Shown piece after piece: positions 14,123-25,256 of a DNA stretch of 64,000 nt. The translations under genes were made by a program, and so were the position numbers. Origin of the DNA: Escherichia coli (GTDB taxonomy: Bacteria; Pseudomonadota; Gammaproteobacteria; Enterobacterales; Enterobacteriaceae); the NCBI RefSeq assembly GCF_046105845.1, contig NZ_CP151004.1; one strand, written 5' to 3'. The notes under the pieces are model-generated. The model ran no database searches. It had not been told where the DNA came from and was given only the letters and a program-made list of their open reading frames with translations. Every line of letters starts with the position of its first letter. Position 1 is the stretch's first letter.

Positions 14123-14336
14123 AGCAGTACCTCCTTCACAGTGGCGAGCTTCCTGTATAACGCAAAAATGTGACGGAGATCTATATTTTTTGTGTATGTT
14201 TTGTTCAGCTCAATTAAGTGGGCATCTCCCATCAACGTCGCATCTGACAAAACATACAGCCAAAAAAAATCACCCATTCAGGTGATTCCCAGCCACCAGC
14301 AATGCGCGAAAAATCGACAATGTTCCTCTGGAACAA

Positions 14337-14615
14337 ATGAAACGTAACCTGATAAAGGTGGTAAAAATGAAGCCTTATTTTGCTGCTTTGATGTTATCAG
14401 TCTCTGTTCTTCCTGCTTATGCTGGTCCGCTCGGTACTGCTGATAAAGCCGACCTACCGCAAAGCAATGTCTCCAGCCCAATGATGGCCCAGTCGCTCAG
14501 GCAACCAGACCTGCAACCGATATCGACGGACAGGAAGACAGAATGTTTTCGCCTTTACACACCAGATCGCAAACCGGGGGTGAACTGCGTTCCTGATGGC
14601 TCAACAGGCCATTAA
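14337..14615 (+). CDS. yjbT: Small secreted protein with signal peptide (yjbT-like)
   Basis: 92-aa ORF; internal ATG at 14367 has an AGGTGG Shine-Dalgarno and opens a signal peptide MKPYFAALMLSVSVLPAYA; gene name from memory and unverified. Confidence 0.5.
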   Translation: MKRNLIKVVKMKPYFAALMLSVSVLPAYAGPLGTADKADLPQSNVSSPMMAQSLRQPDLQPISTDRKTECFRLYTPDRKPGVNCVPDGSTGH

Positions 14616-14661
14616 GAATGAGGGTGCCAGTGAGTGCGAAAACTGGCACCTTTTCCAAGAC

Positions 14662-16758
14662 TTAGCGGAAATTGACGCTACGGTCGCTGGTCATGTCATA
14701 CAACTGGAACTTACGCCCAAGTTGCTGACCACCGTCACGCGTCAGCGGCGTCCAGCCAATTGCCGCACGGCTGCGTGTCGGGCCAGACGAGAAGAGATCC
14801 AGCGGTACAGAGACATACACGCCTTTGGTAAAGTCCCCTTCGCCGTACTCCTCTTTCGAAACATTCGTGATCGTGGCATAGCCACCCACCACCACGCCGC
14901 TATCAAAGCGTTTGGCGATCTCCAGCGTGCCGCCTTTATCCCCTGCCAGATACTGCCCGACGCTCGCTTTCACTAACACATCCTGAGCGAAAGATGGCGT
15001 CCAGTATGCGGTCAGATGTCCGGTTTTCACGCTGTAGTCGGTGAATTTCATCATATCTTTTGCGCTACGCCAGTCGCGCTGTTTAACGTAGTTGGCATCC
15101 AGACCAAACGCCCAGTTGCTGTCCAGCGGGCGATACAACACTTCTGCCCCCGCACCGCCAAACATGGTTTCGAGATAACCACCGTAGACCTGACCGTAGA
15201 AGCCGTTGCCCAGATGCTGGAAGTAGTTGGCTTGCAGGTTATTCACATAGACATCGTTCTGCACATACTCGCGCACATGGGTACGAACGCGCGGTAAGTG
15301 CGAGTCCTGCGGCGGGTTGGTGTAGTTAAACTTGTCGTAGTTGTTGGCAAGATTTGCAAACAGGCTGCCGGTGGTGAGCAGATGGTCCGTCAGCCATACA
15401 TCCGCCGTTCCCATCACGCCCAGCTGATACATGTAAAAGTTTTCCGGGCCACCGACCGACTGGTTCAGCACCGGATCGATATGGAAATCAAAGCGTGATT
15501 TGTCGATATACCAGCCCTGCTCGGTGGACTGCGGAACCACTGGCTCGACGCGTTTTTGCGCCAGCGTCGTTTCGTGGCCCAACGGCTCTCCGCCGAGATG
15601 ATTTTTCAGGCTGGCGACATCGGTTTCCGTCGTCACCTGCGGCATGTTAAGGCGATTTTCCGTAATGCGGATCGTTTTGATCCCATCCGGCAGATCGTTC
15701 ATCACGATCCGATTAGCACGGATGATCCCTTCGCGCGAATCACGATATTTCACCTGCTCGCCGGTAACATACAGCGTATCGCCTTTCGCCTGGATCTGCG
15801 GATCGGCCAGTCCGGCGTTGTATTTCAACAGCGTTAACTGATTCGCCACCACCGAGTGCTGCAAAATGGCATCCTGCGGCTGCGGTTGATATTGCGGGCG
15901 GGCGTTATCGTTGTAAGACGGGCGCAGATCGTTAAAGTTGGTGCGCAACGTAACGCCAAACATAAAGGTGTTGCCACGTTCATAGCTAAGGTTAACGTCG
16001 GCCCAATCGGTAACGCGATAAATCGCACCGACGTTAAACTTACTTTTTTGCTCCAGCTTCCCGGCAAAATCCTGCTGATAATTATTGCCTTCATACTCCA
16101 GTTTCAGGCGCAGCGGTTGCCAGGGCGTCTGGTATTCCACGCCGCCAAACAGTGAGGTCGGGCCGTGGAACATCTGGCTACCGTCGATAGATCCCGCCTG
16201 TTTGTAGCTGTTATCGCGATAGCAAAATTTATCACTGGCTGAACAGAGCGGATTTTTCACATTACCGCTGGTGCCCAGATATCCCCAGCCCAGGCCGAGC
16301 GTAAAATCGAACGGCCCCCAGGCTTTGCTGGCAACAAGATATTCCGCATCAAACAGCCCCGTACCGCCGATATCCCGCGCACCAACCGCCACTTGCGGCA
16401 GCCAGTAACTCTCTTCCCACAAACGCAGTTTGAGATCGAAGGCTTTATCTTTATACGTTTGATCACCAGAGAACGCTTCGACGCTGCTGTACTGCCGGGT
16501 GCGCACATCGGTATAGCGCAGCGTTGTTTCCAGCCACGGGAAGAGTTGCACTGAAGCTGAGTAATAACGGTACTGATCGTTATCGCGATAGTTCAAACTC
16601 AACTCCCCTTCCCGCGCCATGCGGGCGGTAGGCGTTTGTAATAATCCTACGCCACCGAAATCCGACTGCGACGGACCAATGGGCGCAGGATATGTTTCGC
16701 CGTAGCAAGCTGTGCTAATGCCCAGCGCCAGTAAGCTAAGCAGATGTCTTTTTTTCAT
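14662..16758 (-). CDS. yjbH: Outer-membrane lipoprotein of the yjbEFGH exopolysaccharide-associated operon
   Basis: 698-aa ORF with signal/lipoprotein N-terminus [20 protein letters not shown]; last gene of the operon. Confidence 0.85.
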   Translation of the reverse strand: MKKRHLLSLLALGISTACYGETYPAPIGPSQSDFGGVGLLQTPTARMAREGELSLNYRDNDQYRYYSASVQLFPWLETTLRYTDVRTRQYSSVEAFSGDQTYKDKAFDLKLRLWEESYWLPQVAVGARDIGGTGLFDAEYLVASKAWGPFDFTLGLGWGYLGTSGNVKNPLCSASDKFCYRDNSYKQAGSIDGSQMFHGPTSLFGGVEYQTPWQPLRLKLEYEGNNYQQDFAGKLEQKSKFNVGAIYRVTDWADVNLSYERGNTFMFGVTLRTNFNDLRPSYNDNARPQYQPQPQDAILQHSVVANQLTLLKYNAGLADPQIQAKGDTLYVTGEQVKYRDSREGIIRANRIVMNDLPDGIKTIRITENRLNMPQVTTETDVASLKNHLGGEPLGHETTLAQKRVEPVVPQSTEQGWYIDKSRFDFHIDPVLNQSVGGPENFYMYQLGVMGTADVWLTDHLLTTGSLFANLANNYDKFNYTNPPQDSHLPRVRTHVREYVQNDVYVNNLQANYFQHLGNGFYGQVYGGYLETMFGGAGAEVLYRPLDSNWAFGLDANYVKQRDWRSAKDMMKFTDYSVKTGHLTAYWTPSFAQDVLVKASVGQYLAGDKGGTLEIAKRFDSGVVVGGYATITNVSKEEYGEGDFTKGVYVSVPLDLFSSGPTRSRAAIGWTPLTRDGGQQLGRKFQLYDMTSDRSVNFR

Positions 16759-17495
16759 TATTGAGGTATCCGCTGCGTCAGAGTCTGAAGAATGTCGGCG
16801 TTAAGGGCATCAGGCGTCTCACTCCAGACGGAGTCCGCGAGGCCAACATAAATAATGCTGCCGGGCATCGGCTCTACGTGACGCTTGTTCCAGTAAGCCA
16901 CCGGCGCTTTTTGCGTGCGTCCGTCCGGGTAAACCACCCACGCGTAGCTGCGATCCGCACCGCTGAGCAGGTTCTGGCCGGAGAGATAGCTCGCCACGTC
17001 GCGACCTGGAGTGAATGGCTGCTTGCCAGGACGGCTGATAAGCCCGAACAACGTGACCGTGGACGGCGGTGGTCCGACCCACAGCGTGTAGTTACCCTGC
17101 AACGGCGGGTTACCGCGTTCGGCAACGCGGACGATATCGGGATCAAGATTGATTTTTTGCCTGCCCGTCACTTTCAACGCCTGAATTTGCTGGCGTAAGG
17201 CGTTAATCGCAGCGGCATCGTCGGCGCTGGAGTCTGCGGCCAGTTCTGCCAGCCGTGTCAGCAACGCCTGCTGCTGACGCAATGCTGCCGCCGTTGCCAG
17301 CTCTTCGCTAATCACCGCACCAGGCCACCAGCTGTTTGCCAGCCGCGGTTGGCCTACCAGATCGATTAAATGCTCTGCGCCCGTTAGCGTCTTGGCCTCA
17401 CTGCTGCCATTGCTGAACACCTTGACGGTTCCTGCTGCGAAGACCGATGACGCTCCCACACTCAAAAGCAACGCGACAATAGTTTGTTTAATCAT
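16758..17495 (-). CDS. yjbG: Periplasmic protein of the yjbEFGH operon
   Basis: Start at [20 protein letters not shown] (245 aa); 1-nt overlap with yjbH start. Confidence 0.8.
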   Translation of the reverse strand: MIKQTIVALLLSVGASSVFAAGTVKVFSNGSSEAKTLTGAEHLIDLVGQPRLANSWWPGAVISEELATAAALRQQQALLTRLAELAADSSADDAAAINALRQQIQALKVTGRQKINLDPDIVRVAERGNPPLQGNYTLWVGPPPSTVTLFGLISRPGKQPFTPGRDVASYLSGQNLLSGADRSYAWVVYPDGRTQKAPVAYWNKRHVEPMPGSIIYVGLADSVWSETPDALNADILQTLTQRIPQ

Positions 17496-18130
17496 TGTTT
17501 TGCCGCCTTGATGAGGGTGGTTTTCACCGGGAAATAATCCGCGCCGAGATACTGTTCCGACTGGCGAATTTGCCCTTCGCTGTCGATCCAATAGCGGTTA
17601 TGCCAGCGCGCCTGGTCGGTGGAGACGTTTTCGTCCAGCACGCGAACCGGAGTTTCATCGCTGCCGACTTTGACGGTATCGGTGCCATCCCATTTGAAGA
17701 CTGAGCGTGCGGTGGCGTAGCGTACCTGCTGGTACTCGGTCCAGCCCATCGTGCGCGTCCAGGTTGCACCATCAACAATTTGTGCGGGTTTAATCAGCGG
17801 GTCGGCGGCAAGGTTATTCACTTCAATCAGGTTGTCGCCGCCAAGCAAAGTCTTCACCAGACGACCATGTTGTGTGACGAGAGTGGCCTGATCCTGAGTG
17901 ACCCATTTTTGTTGTCCGTCTTCAGCGAAGGCCAGCACCACAAACAATTGCGGCCCGCCATTAAGCTGCATGTACTGGCTGGCGTAGGGCATATTTTGAA
18001 TATCATCGTCCGTCAGCTGTACGCCTGGCGTGCCGAACAGACTGTCCCACAGTGAATTGCCCAGCTCTTTAGTCGTGGCTGAACAGGCCTGTAATAGCAG
18101 GCAGATAAGAATGAGTGCAGGTCGCTTCAC
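17492..18130 (-). CDS. yjbF: Lipoprotein of the yjbEFGH operon
   Basis: Probable GTG start at VKRPALILICLLLQACS (lipobox LQAC), about 212 aa; 4-nt overlap with yjbG. Confidence 0.7.
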   Translation of the reverse strand: MKRPALILICLLLQACSATTKELGNSLWDSLFGTPGVQLTDDDIQNMPYASQYMQLNGGPQLFVVLAFAEDGQQKWVTQDQATLVTQHGRLVKTLLGGDNLIEVNNLAADPLIKPAQIVDGATWTRTMGWTEYQQVRYATARSVFKWDGTDTVKVGSDETPVRVLDENVSTDQARWHNRYWIDSEGQIRQSEQYLGADYFPVKTTLIKAAKQ

Positions 18131-18242
18131 GACTCTTCTCCAGAGGGGCAGAATAACCACACCGGAGTGTGGTTATGGTAAATCCCTTCATATTTCAAGC
18201 CACAGATGCAATGACCCGAATTATTTTGGGATACATACTTTA

Positions 18243-18485
18243 TTACTGGGTACTGGTGGTCGTGGTTGTTGTGGTCCCGGTATTAGAACCATCACCGCCA
18301 CCGGTTGCCGCGAGCGCGACACCCACCGCCGAGCTTACGGTGCTGACGCTGGTCGCGGAGGAACTCCCCGCCGAAACCGACGTTGCTGCCGACCCTGCCG
18401 CTTCGCCCACCTGTACAGGTGCAGCCCACGCAGAAGTCGCCGCAAGCGCAGATATGGCAAAAATGCCATACAGAACTTTTTTCAT
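18243..18485 (-). CDS. yjbE: Secreted low-complexity Ser/Thr/Gly/Ala-rich protein
   Basis: 80-aa ORF; signal peptide [21 protein letters not shown]; ends in [15 protein letters not shown]. Confidence 0.8.
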
Positions 18486-18793
18486 AACAATTTCCCTTCA
18501 TTGAATGAATGGAGATTTACCCAAAAACATTTCGGGCGGGATCGAGTATACACAACTAAAGCATGCGAATTACGGTGTGGGGAATTAGCGATGGGGTTTT
18601 AGGATAATTGGAATGAATATCAAATATAAGTTTCAACTTATATATAAATAAGATTAAAAATCAAAAAGTTAAAATAGAATCAAAAATAATCAACCTACGT
18701 ATTTTCCGAAATCAATCACGATTAAAAATTTATTTTAGGATTAAACTCACAGCATGATTTCCGTTAAATCACAGACAAGGGGATTTATCTGAT

Positions 18794-18827
18794 AAAAAAT
18801 GCCGACATAACGTCGGCATTTTTATTA
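18794..18827 (-). terminator. Terminator downstream of pgi
   Basis: Hairpin atgccgacataacgtcggcat flanked by A/T runs on both sides. Confidence 0.55.
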
Positions 18828-18838
18828 AGGTTATTTAA

Positions 18839-20488
18839 TTAACCGCGCCACGCTTTATAGCGGTTAATCAGACCATTGGTCGAGCTATCGTGGCTGCTGA
18901 TTTCTTTATCATCTTTCAGCTCTGGCAGAATACGGTTCGCCAGTTGTTTACCCAGCTCCACGCCCCACTGGTCGAAGGTGAAGATGTTCAGAATCACGCC
19001 CTGAGTAAAGATTTTGTGCTCATACAGCGCAATCAACGCACCCAGGCTGAACGGAGTGATTTCGCGCAGCAGGATGGAGTTGGTCGGACGGTTACCTTCG
19101 AACACTTTGAACGGCACCACGTAGTCAAGCGTTGCCGGATCTTTACCCTGATCACGATATTCCTGCTCAACCACTTCGCGGGATTTACCAAACGCCAGCG
19201 CTTCGGTCTGAGCAAAGAAGTTAGACAGCAGTTTCTGGTGATGATCAGAGAGTGGGTTATGGGTGATAGCCGGGGCGATGAAATCGCACGGTACCATTTT
19301 GGTTCCCTGGTGGATCAGCTGGTAGAACGCGTGCTGACCGTTTGTGCCTGGTTCACCCCAGATAATCGGGCCAGTCTGGTAATCCACAACGTTACCGTTA
19401 CGGTCAACATACTTACCGTTGGACTCCATATTGCCCTGCTGGAAGTACGCCGCGAAACGGTGCATATACTGGTCATACGGCAGAATCGCTTCAGTTTCCG
19501 CACCAAAGAAATTGTTGTACCAGATGCCAATCAGCGCCAGCAGGACAGGCAGGTTTTTCTCGGCAGGCGTGGTGGAGAAATGCTTGTCCATCGCGTGTGC
19601 GCCAGAAAGCAGTTCAACAAAATTATCAAAGCCGATGGAGAGAACAATCGACAAGCCAATCGCTGACCACAAAGAGTAACGGCCGCCAACCCAGTCCCAG
19701 AACTCGAACATGTTGGCAGTATCAATACCAAACTCGCCAACGGCTTTGGCATTGGTTGAGAGCGCCGCAAAGTGTTTTGCAACGTGTTTTTCATCACCTG
19801 CCGCTTTCAGGAACCAGTCACGCGCGCTATGGGCGTTGGTCATAGTTTCCTGAGTGGTGAAGGTTTTAGAGGCTACCAGGAACAGCGTGGTTTCCGGGTT
19901 TACTTTTTTCAGCACTTCCGCGATGTGAGTCCCATCGACGTTAGAAACAAAGTGCATGTTCAGGTGATTTTTGTACGGACGCAGTGCTTCGGTCACCATG
20001 TACGGGCCGAGGTCAGAACCACCGATCCCGATGTTCACTACGTCAGTGATTGCTTTGCCGGTATAACCCTTCCACTCACCGGAAATAATCGCTTCCGAGA
20101 AGGTTTTCATCTTCTCCAGCACCGCGTTGACTTCTGGCATTACGTCTTTGCCATCAACCAGAATCGGGGTATTGCTACGGTTACGCAGCGCTACGTGCAG
20201 CACGGCGCGGTTTTCAGTGCGGTTGATCTTCTCGCCAGAGAACATCGACTTAATCGCGCCCGCCAGATCGCACTCTTTCGCCAGATCCTGTAATTTCGCC
20301 AGCGTCTCTTCAGTGATGCGGTTTTTGGAGTAATCCACCAGCATCTGATCGTCGAAGGTTGCAGAGAACTTAGAAAAACGATCGCCGTCTTTAGCAAAAA
20401 GATCGGCGATCGTAACGTCTTTCATTTCATCGAAGTGTTTCTGTAGTGCCTGCCAGGCAGCGGTCTGCGTTGGATTGATGTTTTTCAT
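18839..20488 (-). CDS. pgi: Glucose-6-phosphate isomerase
   Basis: Start at [19 protein letters not shown] (549 aa); full-length match to Pgi. Confidence 0.95.
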
Positions 20489-20704
20489 TAGCAATACTCT
20501 TCTGATTTTGAGAATTGTGACTTTGGAAGATTGTAGCGCCAGTCACAGAAAAATGTGATGGTTTTAGTGCCGTTAGCGTAATGTTGAGTGTAAACCCTTA
20601 GCGCAGTGAAGCATTTATTAGCTGAACTACTGACCGCCAGGAGTGGATGAAAAATCCGCATGACCCCATCGTTGACAACCGCCCCGCTCACCCTTTATTT
20701 ATAA

Positions 20705-20995
20705 ATGTACTACCTGCGCTAGCGCAGGCCAGAAGAGGCGCGTTGCCCAAGTAACGGTGTTGGAGGAGCCAGTCCTGTGATAACACCTGAGGGGGTGCAT
20801 CGCCGAGGTGATTGAACGGCTGGCCACGTTCATCATCGGCTACAGGGGCTGAATCCCCTGGGTTGTCACCAGAAGCGTTCGCAGTCGGGCGTTTCGCAAG
20901 TGGTGGAGCACTTCTGGGTGAAAATAGTAGCGAAGTATCGCTCTGCGCCCACCCGTCTTCCGCTCTTCCCTTGTGCCAAGGCTGAAAATGGATCC
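20705..20995 (+). promoter_or_regulatory. Lysine riboswitch (L-box) in the lysC 5' leader
   Basis: Long structured leader gtactacctgcgctagcgcaggccagaagaggcgcgttgcc...ggagcacttctgggtgaaaatagtagcg matching the remembered E. coli lysC leader. Confidence 0.75.
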
Positions 20996-21012
20996 CCTGA
21001 CACGAGGTAGTT

Positions 21013-22362
21013 ATGTCTGAAATTGTTGTCTCCAAATTTGGCGGTACCAGCGTAGCTGATTTTGACGCCATGAACCGCAGCGCTGATATTGTGCTTTCTG
21101 ATGCCAACGTACGTTTAGTTGTCCTCTCGGCTTCTGCTGGTATCACTAATCTGCTGGTCGCTTTAGCTGAAGGACTGGAACCTGGCGAGCGATTCGAAAA
21201 ACTCGACGCTATTCGCAACATCCAGTTTGCCATTCTGGAACGTCTGCGTTACCCGAACGTTATCCGTGAAGAGATTGAACGTCTGCTGGAGAACATTACT
21301 GTTCTGGCAGAAGCGGCGGCGCTGGCAACGTCTCCGGCGCTGACAGATGAACTGGTCAGCCACGGCGAGCTGATGTCGACCCTGCTGTTTGTCGAAATCC
21401 TGCGCGAACGCGATGTTCAGGCACAGTGGTTTGATGTACGTAAAGTGATGCGTACCAACGACCGATTTGGTCGTGCAGAGCCAGATGTAGCCGCGCTGGC
21501 GGAACTGGCCGCGCTGCAGCTGCTCCCACGCCTCAATGAAGGCTTAGTGATCACCCAGGGATTTATCGGTAGCGAAAATAAAGGTCGGACAACGACGCTT
21601 GGTCGTGGAGGCAGCGATTATACGGCAGCCTTGCTGGCGGAGGCTTTACACGCATCTCGTGTTGATATCTGGACCGACGTCCCGGGCATCTACACCACCG
21701 ATCCACGCGTGGTTTCCGCAGCAAAACGCATTGATGAAATCGCGTTTGCCGAAGCGGCAGAGATGGCAACTTTTGGTGCAAAAGTACTGCATCCGGCAAC
21801 GTTGCTACCCGCAGTACGCAGCGATATCCCGGTCTTTGTCGGCTCCAGTAAAGACCCACGCGCAGGTGGTACGCTGGTGTGCAATAAAACTGAAAATCCG
21901 CCGCTATTCCGCGCGCTGGCGCTTCGTCGCAATCAGACTCTGCTCACTTTGCACAGCCTGAATATGCTGCATTCTCGCGGTTTCCTCGCGGAAGTTTTCG
22001 GCATCCTCGCGCGGCATAATATTTCGGTAGACTTAATCACCACGTCAGAAGTGAGCGTGGCATTAACCCTTGATACCACCGGTTCAACCTCCACTGGCGA
22101 TACCTTGCTGACGCAATCTCTGCTGATGGAGCTGTCTGCACTATGCCGGGTAGAAGTGGAGGAAGGTCTGGCGCTGGTCGCGTTGATTGGCAATGACCTG
22201 TCAAAAGCCTGCGGCGTTGGCAAAGAGGTATTCGGCGTACTGGAACCGTTCAACATTCGCATGATTTGTTACGGCGCATCCAGCCATAACCTGTGCTTCC
22301 TGGTGCCCGGCGAAGATGCCGAGCAGGTGGTGCAAAAACTGCATTTTAATTTGTTTGAGTAA
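21013..22362 (+). CDS. lysC: Lysine-sensitive aspartokinase III
   Basis: 449-aa ORF; MSEIVVSKFGGTSVADFDAM; ACT domains at C-terminus. Confidence 0.95.
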   Translation: MSEIVVSKFGGTSVADFDAMNRSADIVLSDANVRLVVLSASAGITNLLVALAEGLEPGERFEKLDAIRNIQFAILERLRYPNVIREEIERLLENITVLAEAAALATSPALTDELVSHGELMSTLLFVEILRERDVQAQWFDVRKVMRTNDRFGRAEPDVAALAELAALQLLPRLNEGLVITQGFIGSENKGRTTTLGRGGSDYTAALLAEALHASRVDIWTDVPGIYTTDPRVVSAAKRIDEIAFAEAAEMATFGAKVLHPATLLPAVRSDIPVFVGSSKDPRAGGTLVCNKTENPPLFRALALRRNQTLLTLHSLNMLHSRGFLAEVFGILARHNISVDLITTSEVSVALTLDTTGSTSTGDTLLTQSLLMELSALCRVEVEEGLALVALIGNDLSKACGVGKEVFGVLEPFNIRMICYGASSHNLCFLVPGEDAEQVVQKLHFNLFE

Positions 22363-22371
22363 ACACAGTAT

Positions 22372-22410
22372 GGCCCGGAAGACATTATTTCGGGCCGTAT
22401 TGTTTTTCTT
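22372..22410 (+). terminator. Rho-independent terminator after lysC
   Basis: Hairpin ggcccggaagacattatttcgggcc followed by a T-run. Confidence 0.55.
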
Positions 22411-22614
22411 GTCATTATGCCCATAAATAAACGAGCCTGTACTCTGTTAACCAGCGTATTTATCGGAGAATAATTGCCTTTAATTTTTTTTCTGCATCTC
22501 TAATTAATTATCGAAAGAGATAAATAGTTAAGAGAAGGCAAAATGAATATTATCAGTTCTGCTCGCAAACGAATTCCCGTACACTGAACTCTCTGGCTCA
22601 CTGAGGGCACCATC

Positions 22615-22887
22615 ATGGCACTCCCCCGTATTACCCAAAAAGAGATGACTGAACGCGAGCAGCGTGAACTTAAAACACTGCTGGATCGGGCGCGGATTGC
22701 GCATGGTCGCGTACTGACCAACTCCGAAACCAACAGCATTAAGAAAGAGTACATCGATAAATTAATGGTCGAGCGTGAGGCTAAAGCGAAAAAAGCCCGC
22801 CAGTTAAAGAAAAAGCAGGCTTATAAACCGGATCCTGAAGCGTCATTTAGCTGGTCAGCAAATACGTCGACGCGCGGCAGGCGCTAA
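22615..22887 (+). CDS. yjbD: Small basic protein of unknown function
   Basis: 90-aa ORF MALPRITQKEMTEREQRELKTLLDRA...; position between lysC and rluF. Confidence 0.75.
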   Translation: MALPRITQKEMTEREQRELKTLLDRARIAHGRVLTNSETNSIKKEYIDKLMVEREAKAKKARQLKKKQAYKPDPEASFSWSANTSTRGRR

Positions 22888-22936
22888 TGAACAATCAACG
22901 CCTGAGATTTTCACTCGTCTGTGTGGACACAATCTT

Positions 22937-22974
22937 CCCCTCACCCTAACCCTCTCCCCGAAGGGGCGAGGGGA
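22937..22974. repeat. GC-rich palindromic intergenic element (Box C-like)
   Basis: cccctcaccctaaccctctccccgaaggggcgagggga; family name from memory. Confidence 0.4.
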
Positions 22975-23019
22975 CTGTCCGAGCACTTTTTGGACGTTTT
23001 CATCAGTCTGAGGCGTTAA

Positions 23020-23892
23020 TCAGCGTCCCTTCTTTTTACGCCCCGGCGAGGTAAAACGCTTACCGTTGGACGCCGGGCGACCGCCTTTTTCCGCCGTTTT
23101 TTCCATCTTAACGACTGGACGTTTGATGCCCGCCGTTTTCGGTTTGGTCTTCGTTTTAGGTTTTGCCTCGGAAGAGGAATTTTCGATGAGCTTAAAGAGG
23201 TCGATTAACTCATCGTCGGTTAAATCGCGCCACTCACCCAGCGGAATGCCGCTTAAACTGACGTTCATAATGCGCGTACGCTCCAGCTTTTTCACTTCGT
23301 AACCAAAGTGCTCGCACATGCGACGGATCTGACGGTTCAGTCCCTGCACCAGGGTAATGCGGAAGACAAACGGCGCTTCTTTTTTGACTTTGCACTTTTT
23401 CGTCACCGTCCCGAGGATCGGCACCCCCGCCCCCATACCACGAATAAATTCATCGGTAATCGGTTTATCGACCGTCACCAGATACTCTTTCTCATGATCG
23501 TTACCCGCACGGAGGATCTTATTCACCAGATCGCCGTGATTGGTGAGGAAAATCAGCCCCTGGGAGTCTTTATCCAGGCGGCCAATCGGGAACACGCGTT
23601 TGCTGTGGTTAACGAAATCGACAATGTTATCGCGCTCGCCATCTTCGGTGGTGCTGACAATACCGACGGGCTTGTTCAGGGCGATAAGTACCAAATCTTC
23701 GGCTTCCCGAGGCTCAATCAACTGACCGTTTACTTTCACAACGTCGCCGGGTTTCACCTGATCGCCAATGGTGGCTCGCTTGCCATTAAGGAACACATTG
23801 CCTTGCTCGATATAGCGATCCGCTTCGCGGCGTGAGCAAATTCCGCTTTCGCTGATGTATTTATTTAAACGGACTGATGAGTCGGGCAGCAT
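23020..23892 (-). CDS. rluF: 23S rRNA pseudouridine synthase F
   Basis: 290-aa ORF; S4 domain then RluA-type catalytic core ([10 protein letters not shown]); Lys/Arg-rich C-tail. Confidence 0.9.
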   Translation of the reverse strand: MLPDSSVRLNKYISESGICSRREADRYIEQGNVFLNGKRATIGDQVKPGDVVKVNGQLIEPREAEDLVLIALNKPVGIVSTTEDGERDNIVDFVNHSKRVFPIGRLDKDSQGLIFLTNHGDLVNKILRAGNDHEKEYLVTVDKPITDEFIRGMGAGVPILGTVTKKCKVKKEAPFVFRITLVQGLNRQIRRMCEHFGYEVKKLERTRIMNVSLSGIPLGEWRDLTDDELIDLFKLIENSSSEAKPKTKTKPKTAGIKRPVVKMEKTAEKGGRPASNGKRFTSPGRKKKGR

Positions 23893-24239
23893 AAATTCTC
23901 CTGTAAAACGCGGAATATACCGTACCTCTTAGCGGGGAAAAACAGGGTTATGCGGCAACGTCGAAATTAAATGTGATCTGCCACGCCTTTTATCACAAAA
24001 GTGTCTCCGGAAGTACGATGCAAATTTGCCTGGCAAAATAAGGATAATCAACATATTACGAATCGCTGCACACCTGTGCTGATGACTACTACGCAGAGAA
24101 ACAAATGTGCAAGAGAAAGCGCTATTTCTCCCCATGCAAAGAGTGAAAAATCGCTTTGAAAGGCCATCATGATGGGGTTATATCAGATCAAGCGGTGAGA
24201 AAGCGTATTTGCACAAATGTGCAGAACCAGGAGGCGGCA

Positions 24240-25187
24240 ATGGAAAACAGTGACGATATCCGTTTGATTGTGAAGATTGCCCAACTCTATTACGAACAGG
24301 ATATGACGCAGGCGCAAATCGCGCGCGAACTGGGTATTTACCGCACCACCATCAGCCGCTTGCTTAAACGAGGCCGCGATCAGGGAATTGTCACCATCGC
24401 CATCAACTATGACTACAACGAAAATCTCTGGCTGGAGCAGCAACTGAAGCAAAAGTTTGGCCTGAAAGACGTTGTGGTGGTGTCGGGAAATGATGAGGAT
24501 GAAGAGACTCAACTGGCGATGATGGGGTTACACGGCGCGCAACTGCTGGATCGCTTGCTGGAGCCTGGCGATATTGTCGGTTTTTCCTGGGGTCGCGCGG
24601 TGAGCGCACTGGTTGAAAACTTGCCGCAGGCGGGGCAATCGCGGCAGTTAATCTGCGTACCAATTATTGGCGGACCGTCCGGTAAACTCGAAAGCCGCTA
24701 TCATGTAAACACATTAACCTACAGCGCGGCAGCGAAGTTGAAAGGAGAATCGCATCTCGCGGATTTTCCGGCTCTACTGGATAACCCCTTAATTCGTAAT
24801 GGGATCATGCAGTCTCAGCACTTTAAAACCATCTCTGCCTACTGGGATAATCTGGATGTCGCCCTGGTGGGAATTGGCTCACCGGCCATTCGTGACGGCG
24901 CTAACTGGCATGCGTTTTATGGTGGTGAAGAGAGTGACGACCTGAATGCCCGCCAGGTTGCTGGCGATATTTGCTCGCGCTTTTTTGATATTCACGGCGC
25001 AATGATTGAAACGAATATGAGTGAAAAAACACTCTCTATCGAAATGAATAAATTAAAGCAGGCACGATATTCCATTGGCATTGCCATGAGTGAAGAAAAA
25101 TACAGCGGAATTATTGGTGCACTGCGTGGAAAATATATTAATTGTCTGGTAACGAATAGCAGCACAGCTGAACTATTACTGAAATAA
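24240..25187 (+). CDS. sorC: SorC/DeoR-family transcriptional regulator of the sorbose operon
   Basis: Start at MENSDDIRLIVKIAQLYY with AGGAGG Shine-Dalgarno (315 aa); N-terminal HTH (MTQAQIARELGIYRTTISRLL) and sugar-binding C-domain. Confidence 0.8.
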   Translation: MENSDDIRLIVKIAQLYYEQDMTQAQIARELGIYRTTISRLLKRGRDQGIVTIAINYDYNENLWLEQQLKQKFGLKDVVVVSGNDEDEETQLAMMGLHGAQLLDRLLEPGDIVGFSWGRAVSALVENLPQAGQSRQLICVPIIGGPSGKLESRYHVNTLTYSAAAKLKGESHLADFPALLDNPLIRNGIMQSQHFKTISAYWDNLDVALVGIGSPAIRDGANWHAFYGGEESDDLNARQVAGDICSRFFDIHGAMIETNMSEKTLSIEMNKLKQARYSIGIAMSEEKYSGIIGALRGKYINCLVTNSSTAELLLK

Positions 25188-25256
25188 AAATCTTCCCGAT
25201 GTTTACCGTAATAAAAATTACGGCGGGTCCCTATTATCTAAAATCAGGAGTCTGTT

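Noticed and set aside
18169-18504. 111-codon plus-strand ORF with a poly-Val run
   Set aside because: Mirror image of the poly-Thr yjbE coding sequence on the other strand; yjbE has the signal peptide and the operon context.
20688-21233. 181-codon minus-strand ORF across the lysC leader and start
   Set aside because: Overlaps the lysine riboswitch and the lysC N-terminus; the region is a structured non-coding leader.
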